NCBI GenBank assembly: GCA_964565215.1
Contig: CAZMCO010000001.1
Location: 2,025-66,024, forward strand
Origin: an uncultured Candidatus Saccharibacteria bacterium
Lineage (GTDB): Bacteria > Patescibacteriota > Minisyncoccia > Portnoybacterales > UBA2143
Reading direction: 5' to 3'
DNA length: 64,000 nt
In this document: piece after piece, positions 47,757 through 56,434 of the stretch
Layout: each line of letters begins with the position of its first letter
Numbering within the stretch: the first letter of the stretch is position 1
Translations under genes and position numbers: made by a program
Notes under the pieces: model-generated
The model's input: only the letters and a program-made list of their open reading frames with translations
Told to the model about the DNA's origin: nothing
Databases searched by the model: none

Positions 47757-48296
47757 ATGGAAAAGGGAACAGGCGGGTTTCTTGACCCTGAAACAATTTT
47801 AGAACAATTAGACATCCATGATAATATGCAGATGGCTGATTTTGGTTCTGGTCACGGTTATTTTTCTATTCCTTTGGCTAAAGTAGTTCCTCAAGGCAAG
47901 GTTTATGCCTTGGATGTAGTTAAAGAGGCCTTAGAAGCAGTTAAAGGCAAAGCTGAAATAGAAAAGATTTCTAATATTGAAGCCATTCATTGTAATCTTG
48001 AAGTTCTAAATGGTTCAAAGTTAACTGAAGATTCGATTGATCTAGTTGTTTTAGCCAATATTTTATTCCAATCACAGAAAAAATCAGCCATTTTGAAAGA
48101 AGCCAAGAGAGTTTTAAAAAAAGATGGACAATTAGTTTTAATTGAATGGATTGCTGATTCATCTTTGGCTCCTAAAAAAGGTTGGCTGATTTCTCAAGAA
48201 GAAGCTAAGCAATTAGCTGAAGCCGAGGGGTTAAGATTGGATAAAGAATTAGATATAGATAGTCAGCATTATGGAATGGTTTTCAAAAAAACCTAA
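47757..48296 (+). CDS. Class I SAM-dependent methyltransferase
   Basis: ADFGSGHG, YALD, RVLKKDG. Confidence 0.88.
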   Translation: MEKGTGGFLDPETILEQLDIHDNMQMADFGSGHGYFSIPLAKVVPQGKVYALDVVKEALEAVKGKAEIEKISNIEAIHCNLEVLNGSKLTEDSIDLVVLANILFQSQKKSAILKEAKRVLKKDGQLVLIEWIADSSLAPKKGWLISQEEAKQLAEAEGLRLDKELDIDSQHYGMVFKKT

Positions 48297-49581
48297 ATCC
48301 AAAACTACCTCTTTATATTCTCTGATCATCCCCATTATTTTAACCGGGAGCTTATTTGGTTTAGCGGCTATTTTGCCTGGCTGTAAGGAACCAGCTCAAA
48401 AAGCGGAATTAGAATTCTGGGGAGTTTTTGATGATTCGGATATTTATCGATCCCTGATTGAAGGCTTTAATAAAGAATTTCCTAACATTAAAATTAAATA
48501 TTACAAAAAGACCTATCAGACCTACGAGAATGATTTATTAGAAGCAATGGCTAGTGGGCGAGGTCCTGATATTTTTGTCATGCATCATACTTGGCTGCCC
48601 AGATATCAAGATAAAATTTGGGCCGCTCCTTCAACCTTAATCAGCCAAAAAGAAATTCAAGATAATTTTGTTGATGTAGTGACTGATGATTTTATCAAAG
48701 ATGGCTATATCTCTGCCCTTCCTTTAAGCGTTGATACTTTAGCTCTTTATTACAACAAGGATATTTTTAATACCATGGGTATTCCCCAGCCGCCAACTAC
48801 TTGGGATGAGTTTTTAGATGACGTAGAAAAATTAACTATTAAAGATGAACGAGACAATATTGTTCGAGCGGCGGCTGCCTTAGGAACAGCTCGTAATATC
48901 AACCGGTCAACTGATATTTTAACTCTTTTAATGCTTCAGTCAGGGGCTCAAATAGTTAATCAGCAAAAGACTAAAGCTACTTTTAATCAAGAGGTAGGAA
49001 ATTTTAATCCTGGTCAAAGGTCCTTACAGTTCTATACTGATTTTGCTGATTTGCGTAAGTCAATTTATACCTGGAATACTCGGATGGATTATTCGATTGA
49101 TAGTTTTTCCCAAGGAAAGACAGCCATGATGTTAAATTATTCTTATCAACTACCGATTATTCGGGCTAAATCACCTTATTTAAATTTCGGCATTGCCCCC
49201 ATGCCTCAAACTGAAGAGTCAACTAAAGACGTTAATTACGCTAATTATTGGGGATTAACGGTTTCTCGTAATTGTCAAAGTCCTAATCAGGCTTGGCAGT
49301 TTATTATTTGGCTGACCGAAAAAGAAAAAGCTCAAAGATATTTAGAATTGACCAAAAAGCCAACCGCTCGGCGCGATTTAATTCTTTGGCAAAAAGATGA
49401 TTCAGATTTGGGTGTTTTTGCTCAGCAGGCCTTGACCGCCTATTCTTGGTATCAAGTGGATAACTCATCTATTGAAATCGTTTTAGCCGATATGATAGAA
49501 TCAGTAATATTAGGTCAAGCGACTATCAGAGAAGCTGTTGATAGAGCAGCTAACGAGGTAACTCTTTTAATGCAGAGATAA
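48271..49581 (+). CDS. Sugar-type extracellular solute-binding protein
   Basis: N-terminal anchor/lipobox-like LPGC, GPDIF, LYYNKD, PPTTWDEF, GKTAM. Confidence 0.85.
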   Translation: MEWFSKKPKSKTTSLYSLIIPIILTGSLFGLAAILPGCKEPAQKAELEFWGVFDDSDIYRSLIEGFNKEFPNIKIKYYKKTYQTYENDLLEAMASGRGPDIFVMHHTWLPRYQDKIWAAPSTLISQKEIQDNFVDVVTDDFIKDGYISALPLSVDTLALYYNKDIFNTMGIPQPPTTWDEFLDDVEKLTIKDERDNIVRAAAALGTARNINRSTDILTLLMLQSGAQIVNQQKTKATFNQEVGNFNPGQRSLQFYTDFADLRKSIYTWNTRMDYSIDSFSQGKTAMMLNYSYQLPIIRAKSPYLNFGIAPMPQTEESTKDVNYANYWGLTVSRNCQSPNQAWQFIIWLTEKEKAQRYLELTKKPTARRDLILWQKDDSDLGVFAQQALTAYSWYQVDNSSIEIVLADMIESVILGQATIREAVDRAANEVTLLMQR

Positions 49582-49982
49582 TGAAAATCTTTCAGAAAAT
49601 TTTTATATTAGGTTTTTTGGTTCTAATGGGGGTAATCATTACTAATCTAGTTCAGGCTGGTTTTGTTACTGAACCAATAGTTCCCTGTACTGATGATTGT
49701 ACGCTTTGTGACCTTTGGCATTTAGCCAGCAACATTATTAATTTTATTTCTTTTAATTTAGCTATTCCAGTGGCGGCTATTTTATTTATCGCGGCTGGAG
49801 TCACTTTTCTAATTTCTGGTGGCAGTGAAGAAAAAGTTGCTTTAGCTAGAAGTATTTTCACTAACACAGCTATTGGCATAGTTATTATTTTCTGTAGTTG
49901 GATGTTAATTGATACTTTGGTTAAGAGTATTGCCGACGGGACATTCAGCGGTGCCTGGAATCAATTCCCCACTTGTCCATAA
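49581..49982 (+). CDS. VirB2/TrbC-like pilin
   Basis: Signal, Cys loop (PC..DCTLC), TM-SGGSEEKV..AR-TM. Confidence 0.75.
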   Translation: MKIFQKIFILGFLVLMGVIITNLVQAGFVTEPIVPCTDDCTLCDLWHLASNIINFISFNLAIPVAAILFIAAGVTFLISGGSEEKVALARSIFTNTAIGIVIIFCSWMLIDTLVKSIADGTFSGAWNQFPTCP

Positions 49983-49990
49983 GATATTAT

Positions 49991-50356
49991 ATGTCTAAAA
50001 ATATCTTCAAAAATTTCTCTTTAGTGTTTATTCTGATTTTTGTTTTTTTAATAATTGTTTGGCCATTAGTTAAGGTTCAGGCCCAACCACCGTCGGGTTC
50101 AATAGAAAACCCACTTGAGGCTGAAAGTTTTACTCAACTTTTTGCCGGTATTGCTAATTGGGTAGCTGGTTTTGTAGCTACTTTGGCTGTTTTAATGGTT
50201 GTCATTGGCGGCCTTCAGTATATGATTTCTGGAGGTAATGAGGAAAAAACAAAGGCGGCTCGCAGAACTATTCAGTGGGCTTTGATCGGTCTGATTATTG
50301 TTTTGATGTCTTGGAGTTTATTGCAAACCTTATTAACAATTTTAGGCGTAGAATAA
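49991..50356 (+). CDS. VirB2/TrbC-like pilin
   Basis: Signal VQA, ENPL, GGLQYMISGGNEEK..AAR...WALIGL. Confidence 0.8.
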   Translation: MSKNIFKNFSLVFILIFVFLIIVWPLVKVQAQPPSGSIENPLEAESFTQLFAGIANWVAGFVATLAVLMVVIGGLQYMISGGNEEKTKAARRTIQWALIGLIIVLMSWSLLQTLLTILGVE

Positions 50357-50391
50357 TTTTTTATCTTTATAAAGAAAGGGGGTGAAATTCA

Positions 50392-50736
50392 GTGAAAATT
50401 ACAAAGAAATCATTATTTAGTTTATTAACGCTAACAACTTTTATGTTTTTAGCTAGCGTGGCTGTTGTTTCTGCTCAAATGGCAGAACCAGAAGTGGAAG
50501 GCTTTTCCGAGCGGTCAGTTACAGAAATTATCCAAAATATTACTAACTGGATAGTTGGTATTGTTGCTTTGATTGCTGTTTTGGTTATTGTCATTGCCGG
50601 AGTTATGTGGGCGACAGCTGGCGGTAATGAAGACCAACAAGGCAAAGCCAGAAAGTTATTAATTTCTGGAATAATTGGTTTGTTCATTGCTTTAGCTGCT
50701 TTGGCTATAGTCAGGCTTGTTATAGGACGACTTTAG
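50392..50736 (+). CDS. VirB2/TrbC-like pilin (probable major subunit)
   Basis: GTG start with strong SD; AGVMWATAGGNEDQ..KAR...GIIGL. Confidence 0.8.
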   Translation: MKITKKSLFSLLTLTTFMFLASVAVVSAQMAEPEVEGFSERSVTEIIQNITNWIVGIVALIAVLVIVIAGVMWATAGGNEDQQGKARKLLISGIIGLFIALAALAIVRLVIGRL

Positions 50737-50763
50737 TAGTTTTGTAATTAAAATAATAAATAG

Positions 50764-50803
50764 AAAAAGCCAGACAAGCAGTTTTTTGCTTTGTCTGGCT
50801 TTT
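50764..50803. terminator. Bidirectional terminator
   Basis: AAAAGCCAGACAA...TTGTCTGGCTTTT. Confidence 0.78.
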
Positions 50804-50814
50804 GATTTTTTAGT

Positions 50815-51231
50815 TCAGGAACGTTTAGAAATTATCCATGCCTGAACTATTGTTTCTTCCCCATCAGCGGCCATTAATCGAACTTTGTCACTATATTTGG
50901 TTCGGCCGCTGGAAGCGACTCGACGGCTGGTAGTCCAGTTTGGATGAATAGGTCTTTTATTGACTACTCTAAATTTCCCAAGAGAGCCAAGCTGCTGAAA
51001 GCGAACATATTCTCCTTTCTTATACCACAACTCTTGACCATTTACATCTTTGTTTACTATTGTCCCATTAGCCGGCAGTTTGAAAATACCAACCAGCTGA
51101 CGTGGTGATTGTTTAATAGTTTGTTTATTATTTGCTTGAGGAATAAAGAGAAAGCCTATTATTATAAATATTATTCCTGACCAAATAATCCGTTTAGCAG
51201 AGAAAGATTCAGTTTTCGTCTCTTTAGCCAT
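50815..51231 (-). CDS. Membrane-anchored hypothetical protein
   Basis: N-terminal TM; coupled to the upstream gene by a TAATG overlap with SD. Confidence 0.65.
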   Translation of the reverse strand: MAKETKTESFSAKRIIWSGIIFIIIGFLFIPQANNKQTIKQSPRQLVGIFKLPANGTIVNKDVNGQELWYKKGEYVRFQQLGSLGKFRVVNKRPIHPNWTTSRRVASSGRTKYSDKVRLMAADGEETIVQAWIISKRS

Positions 51232-52181
51232 TATTGACCACCTCCTTTAATAAGACCTGCTCCGATTTTTTCCAGCCCGCTTCCTATTCTATCTAACCCT
51301 GGAATATCGTAGGTAGCACCATGTCCTTCCCGTATCACTTTCCTTCTTCTTATTTCTAAAATGCACTCCTCAAGAGTTTTTGGCGAACCAGCTTCTTCGT
51401 ATGCCTTAAAGAGCTTTTGGGCTTGTTGAATTTCTGTGTCTATTTCATATACTTCAGCCCTTCGTTCTTGGATTTCTTTAGCTTGAGCTTCTGCTACTTC
51501 AGCTAATTTACCTTCCTCTTTTACCCGACCAACATTAAACCGCCAGATAATTATCCCTAAATCTACGATATCGGGGAAGCCATTGGATTGCAATTGTTTT
51601 TGGAGATCTCCAGTAGTTTGTCCTTGTTTAGGAATCTCCCCGGTCAGTTTTTTGACTAAACGAGCAACTAATTCATCAGTAGCAAAACTGACTGCTTCCC
51701 AACTTCTTTCTCTGCCCATTTGACGGACATCTTCTTCAATAAGATCTCGAAGGATACTTCTAATTCCTTCTTCGCTGCCGCTATCGATGAAAGAAATAAG
51801 TCGTTCACCATTTACGTGACTGTAATCCGGTTGCCAAGTTAAGCCAATTTTGACAGAAATTTCACCGCCTGAACGTGGTATTTCTCCTTTTGTCTCTGTT
51901 GTTTCACCTTCTTCGTCTTCTCTTCGTCGGCATCTAATATTCTCAAAGGGAAAATCCTCATTAACTTTTTCAATCTTAATTGGAATAAAGCTGTAAAAGA
52001 ATGGGAAAAACGGTAGAAAGAAACGCAATCCTTCTTTTTTAATCTTTTTTATTCTTTTTCCCCAGAGAGTAACTAGTCCCACATGAGGTGGTTTGGCTAG
52101 AATTTTTTTCAGACATACTTTCAGTCCTATGCCAGTAAATATAAGTAAAAATCCTATAACTATTAAAATCTTTCCTGTCAT
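51231..52181 (-). CDS. SPFH/band-7-like membrane protein
   Basis: N-terminal TM, GLVTLWGKR..EGLRF, LGIII, AE-rich coiled coil. Confidence 0.65.
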   Translation of the reverse strand: MTGKILIVIGFLLIFTGIGLKVCLKKILAKPPHVGLVTLWGKRIKKIKKEGLRFFLPFFPFFYSFIPIKIEKVNEDFPFENIRCRRREDEEGETTETKGEIPRSGGEISVKIGLTWQPDYSHVNGERLISFIDSGSEEGIRSILRDLIEEDVRQMGRERSWEAVSFATDELVARLVKKLTGEIPKQGQTTGDLQKQLQSNGFPDIVDLGIIIWRFNVGRVKEEGKLAEVAEAQAKEIQERRAEVYEIDTEIQQAQKLFKAYEEAGSPKTLEECILEIRRRKVIREGHGATYDIPGLDRIGSGLEKIGAGLIKGGGQ

Positions 52182-52292
52182 TTTCTTATCCTCCTTTTAT
52201 TTTTAATGAACTATTGTCTATATTATATATAATAAAATTCTAAATGTCAAGAGTATTGATTTTACGGGAAAAGGGGATTAAAATAAAAGAAG

Positions 52293-52376
52293 GCGGACGT
52301 GGCGGAATTGGCAGACGCGCTAGGTTTAGGACCTAGTGGGAATTATCCCATGTGGGTTCGAGTCCCACCGTCCGCA
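52293..52376 (+). tRNA. tRNA-Leu(TAG)
   Basis: GCGGACG/CGTCCGC-A, loop TTTAGGA. Confidence 0.94.
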
Positions 52377-52383
52377 CTGCTTT

Positions 52384-53508
52384 ATGAATAAAATCAAAAA
52401 TATTCTTCAATCAATTAGGATTGAAGAATATATTTTATTTCTCTTTTGCCTGATCTTATTTTTATTTTTTATTACTCTTTTTTTTCGCTTTAATTGGTTA
52501 GTTTCTTTTAGAAGTGGCTTTAAAGTTGTTGTTCTTGGAATAAACTATTTCTCTTTTGTCCTTATTTTTATTTACTTTTATATCTCTTTTAAATATTTAT
52601 TTAATTGGCTATATCACCATAACCGGCCTAAGATAAAAAATATTTTAAAAAATGCTTTATTTTCCTTAAGACCTCTTTTCTCAATGACAATATTTTTTAT
52701 TCTAATTACTTTAGTTATTGGTTCAATGGCAATTCAGCTTAGGGGAAACTTGATTGATGGCTGGTTAATGGGAATAGATAAATCATTGCTTGGTTTTTAT
52801 CCTTTTCTTTGGTTTCAACAATCAACTAATTTTTTAAAAAACTTGGCTCCTTTATTTTTGTATTCTTTTCTTTGGCTGGGTTTAATTATGGGAATTAGTT
52901 GGATTATTTTTTATTTGGCTGGCCAAAGAAAATTTTTTAGCCAATATATTATGGCTATGTCTTTGGTAGTGATGATTGCTTTGCCTCTCTGGTATTTTTT
53001 TCCCGCCAACAGTCCCCAAAACACTTATTTAAATAATGTTTATAACAAACAAATAGATTCGTCTATAAAAGAATTAACAGACAATTATCAACCTAATAAA
53101 TATCTTTTAAGTTTTCATAAGGAAATTGGCGTTGAACAGGGCGAGATTGCTCCGGTGACTACTATGCCTAGCATGCATGTGGCTTGGACAATAGTTATTA
53201 TTTATTATCTTTTTAAATTTAAAAGAAAAACAATTTATTTTACTTTACCTTGGGCATTTTTTTCTATTTTGGGAACAGTCTATTTAGCCCAACATTATTT
53301 TATTGATATTTTAGTTGCTTTATTAGTTGCTTTATTGGCTATTTGTTTAGCTAATTGTTTGGTCAAAATAGAAAAAAGATATTATCAAGAAGGGAAATTG
53401 GACAATCAAGAGAAATTTTTTAAAGAAGAAGTAAAAAAAGACCTATCCAGGATATACCAAATAATTAAAGAATTATTCCGCTATTTCTATCGGGTACAAA
53501 TCTGGTGA
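52384..53508 (+). CDS. PAP2_3 / Aur1-like membrane phosphotransferase
   Basis: FPANSP, MPSMHVAW, HYFID; start at MNKIKN. Confidence 0.75.
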   Translation: MNKIKNILQSIRIEEYILFLFCLILFLFFITLFFRFNWLVSFRSGFKVVVLGINYFSFVLIFIYFYISFKYLFNWLYHHNRPKIKNILKNALFSLRPLFSMTIFFILITLVIGSMAIQLRGNLIDGWLMGIDKSLLGFYPFLWFQQSTNFLKNLAPLFLYSFLWLGLIMGISWIIFYLAGQRKFFSQYIMAMSLVVMIALPLWYFFPANSPQNTYLNNVYNKQIDSSIKELTDNYQPNKYLLSFHKEIGVEQGEIAPVTTMPSMHVAWTIVIIYYLFKFKRKTIYFTLPWAFFSILGTVYLAQHYFIDILVALLVALLAICLANCLVKIEKRYYQEGKLDNQEKFFKEEVKKDLSRIYQIIKELFRYFYRVQIW

Positions 53509-55125
53509 GTCGTAATTAGAATAAAAAGTTTGTTCAGAGATCAGTTCTTTGTTTTGATAGACTTCTTGAGTTAAGACAGTTTTCATGGAGCCGTCTTCTT
53601 TTTTTTCTAAAAGATAAGGTCCCTTGATTTTAACTTGCCGGCCATTGTCAGTGCCGTAGAAATTGAAAGTCAATTGACTGCCTTGAACAAGGCCTTCAAT
53701 TAAAAGATGGGCTGGCGTGTTATTGATAAAACAAAGGTCAGGACTGGGTTCATAGACCGTCGCATCAAATCCTTGAGGGTGATAATATTCTACAGGAAAA
53801 GCATGGGGGGTTCGTTGAGTAATTTCTAAACCACTATTAATAGCCGCCCGGAAAAGAGTGGTTGAAACTTGGCAAAGCCCGCCGCCGTATTCAGGAACAG
53901 TTTTGTCTTTTTTAATAACTAATTCTGGCAGAAAACCCTCTTCAGGACCGCTGCCGCCTAAAAGGTTGTTAAAGGAAAATTCTTGGCCAGGATTTAAAAT
54001 TAAACCATTAAATTTAGCTAGGCCTGTTTTAATATTATGGATGCGGTTTTTGGGCGAACCAGAAAAATTAGAAATCCCTTGGCCGATTAGAGTATTAATG
54101 CCTAATTTATTAGTTTGTTTTAAAGTAATTTTGGCCAGTAGTTTTTGGGCCACTATAGTTGTTTTTTTAACTGGTGGTTCAACCAAGATGTTTTGAATCA
54201 ATTGATCAACTGTTTTATCTATTTCTATGCCAAAACCCTCTTCGTCCGACCTAAAGACAATTGCCTGATTACCCTCTGTTTCCAAACGAGCCTCAATCGG
54301 GTATTGACTAATAGTTGAAGTTATTTTTTCTAAATATTTTTTGACTTGTTCTCTGTCTAAAAAAAGACCAAGGACTTGATTATCTATTTTATTTTCTGTA
54401 ATTGGTTTAAATTCAAACCAGTTAATTAGATGTTTTTTATCAATGGTCCAGATGTTTGTTTCCAGGATTATTTGATAAGGTTGACCAGCTAAGATTTTTT
54501 GGGCTTTTTGACGGGCTGAATCAACTTCATTATTTTTTACTTCAGGATAATCAAAAACCAAATCTAAATTAATCGGCTGTCTGGAAAAAGATTTAATTCG
54601 TTCTGATAAATCAGATAGTAATCGTTCTCTGTCTATGGTTATTCCTTCGCTTGAATGTTGCAGTAGGAAATCATCGGCAGATTCATCAAAAATCAAAGAG
54701 GCGTTTTGGACTGGCCTTTCAACATCTTGAAAGAGCTGACTTGTTTTTTCTTGAAATTTCTCTTGGTCTATTTGATAAACCGGTTCAATAACGATCCGAC
54801 CGATTAAAGCGGATAATTGATCTCTGGTATTAATAAAAAAGTTTGGTCCTTTGCCAATTTGATAAGCTTTTTGAATAGTTGTTTGATAGTCTAATTCAAA
54901 TCCTAAATCAGTTAGATTACTTAACCATTCTTTATCTTGATAGATAAAACTTATCACGTTGTTAACCAGTTTGGCGCACTCTTGACGGTCAACTACCTTG
55001 ACTCCTAAGGCGATTTTTTGATTGTTGATTATTTGGAGAAACAGAACTAAATAAATTAAGCTAACAACAATAAATAAAATACCCAATTGACAAGGGTATT
55101 TTATTTTCCATTTTATATTTTTCAC
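53473..55125 (-). CDS. VanW-family protein with peptidoglycan-binding repeats
   Basis: RIHNI, FSFN, YGGGLCQVSTTLF, GFDATV, DL.F.NNT. Confidence 0.9.
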   Translation of the reverse strand: MKNIKWKIKYPCQLGILFIVVSLIYLVLFLQIINNQKIALGVKVVDRQECAKLVNNVISFIYQDKEWLSNLTDLGFELDYQTTIQKAYQIGKGPNFFINTRDQLSALIGRIVIEPVYQIDQEKFQEKTSQLFQDVERPVQNASLIFDESADDFLLQHSSEGITIDRERLLSDLSERIKSFSRQPINLDLVFDYPEVKNNEVDSARQKAQKILAGQPYQIILETNIWTIDKKHLINWFEFKPITENKIDNQVLGLFLDREQVKKYLEKITSTISQYPIEARLETEGNQAIVFRSDEEGFGIEIDKTVDQLIQNILVEPPVKKTTIVAQKLLAKITLKQTNKLGINTLIGQGISNFSGSPKNRIHNIKTGLAKFNGLILNPGQEFSFNNLLGGSGPEEGFLPELVIKKDKTVPEYGGGLCQVSTTLFRAAINSGLEITQRTPHAFPVEYYHPQGFDATVYEPSPDLCFINNTPAHLLIEGLVQGSQLTFNFYGTDNGRQVKIKGPYLLEKKEDGSMKTVLTQEVYQNKELISEQTFYSNYDSPDLYPIEIAE

Positions 55126-55133
55126 TAAGCTAA

Positions 55134-55658
55134 TTATTCGGCTTTTATGGTTATTTTCTTGGTTTTTACTTTTTCCACTTTAGGCAGCCGAATAGTTAAA
55201 ATACCGTTTTTCATTGAAGCATCTGTTTTATCTACTTCCACATCGACTGGCAGAATAACCGAGCGGGAAAAAGGTCCCCAATAGCATTCTTGATAATAAT
55301 AATCTTCTTCTTTGACTTCTTCATCCTTTTGCCGCCTGCCTTTTATAGTAATCATATCGTTAGTTATGCTAATATCAATGTCTTCTGGTTTAACTCCAGC
55401 GATAGTAGATTTAATGACTATTTCATTAGGCGTTTGGTAGACGTCAATGGTTAATTGGCCTTCTGATTCAGCTAACCAGTCCTCTGGTTCTTTTGATTCT
55501 TTTTTAACAGGAGAAGCCTTTTCTTTTTTTTCAGCCGGAACATCTTCTTGAATTGATTTGCCCTTTTTGGTTTTTACTGGCTTTTTTTCTTCAAAAGATT
55601 CTTTTTCTGACCAGTTCGCTCCAGTTAATTTTTCAAAAAAAGATGGTTTTTTAGTCAT
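55134..55658 (-). CDS. Hsp20/alpha-crystallin small heat-shock protein
   Basis: IDVYQT, AGVKPEDIDI, GPFSRSVILP, NGILTIRLPK. Confidence 0.92.
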   Translation of the reverse strand: MTKKPSFFEKLTGANWSEKESFEEKKPVKTKKGKSIQEDVPAEKKEKASPVKKESKEPEDWLAESEGQLTIDVYQTPNEIVIKSTIAGVKPEDIDISITNDMITIKGRRQKDEEVKEEDYYYQECYWGPFSRSVILPVDVEVDKTDASMKNGILTIRLPKVEKVKTKKITIKAE

Positions 55659-55672
55659 AAGTTTAATAATTG

Positions 55673-56431
55673 TTATTTAATTCGACAAATTGCTCGTTGT
55701 TTTTTTAATTTATTAAAATAATAAGAAACAAGAAAAGCTACGGCAATTAAGAGAAAAACAATCATTAAGAGAAAAGTTATTTTTTGATAAGAAGTTACTT
55801 GATCAAAAAGAGTGATGGTAAGGTAATTATAACAACTATGGAAAATAATAGCAATAGCCAGGCCAGTCAAAATTAATTTTTTTCTTTGTTTAATATGAAG
55901 CAGTCCCAAAGCCAGCCAATAGCCGACAATTCCAGAAGCTAAAGCGTGAACTAAGGTTGCTCCGAGAAAACGAAGGCCAATAGTAGTCAGAGCTTCCGGG
56001 AAAGAGGGAAAGGGAATTTTAAAAAGAATGAGTAGGTTTTCTATAGAAGCAAAGCCCAGACCAGCTATAATACAGTATAACATAGCGTCAACTGGTTCGT
56101 CAAATTCTGAGTTTTTAAGGACCCTAAATTTGACTACAGAATATTTTAAATATTCTTCAACTAAAGCAGGAATTAAAGTAGCCGCTAAAATAATTCTAAA
56201 AAAGCTATCTTGAGATGCTTGGGAAAGAAGTGATGAAAAATTAAAGTTAGGATTAAAAAGCCAAATTAGTAACAATTCCAATACAATAGCTAAGGGGGCT
56301 AAAAGCATTCCCCAAATAAAGATTCTTAAAACCATAGAGTTGGGTTCAGGATGTTTGTCTTTTCTTAAATAAAAAGTCAACCAGACAAAACTAGGCAAGA
56401 GACCGAGAAGAATGTAGAAAGGGTAATGCAT
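55673..56431 (-). CDS. PrsW-family intramembrane protease
   Basis: DK.PEP, VEEYLK, GLGFASIEN, HAL, HSCYN. Confidence 0.9.
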   Translation of the reverse strand: MHYPFYILLGLLPSFVWLTFYLRKDKHPEPNSMVLRIFIWGMLLAPLAIVLELLLIWLFNPNFNFSSLLSQASQDSFFRIILAATLIPALVEEYLKYSVVKFRVLKNSEFDEPVDAMLYCIIAGLGFASIENLLILFKIPFPSFPEALTTIGLRFLGATLVHALASGIVGYWLALGLLHIKQRKKLILTGLAIAIIFHSCYNYLTITLFDQVTSYQKITFLLMIVFLLIAVAFLVSYYFNKLKKQRAICRIK

Positions 56432-56434
56432 ATT

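Noticed and set aside
52336-52383. N-terminal extension of the PAP2_3 ORF (MGIIPCGFESHRPH)
   Set aside because: It lies within tRNA-Leu(TAG); the real start is 52384
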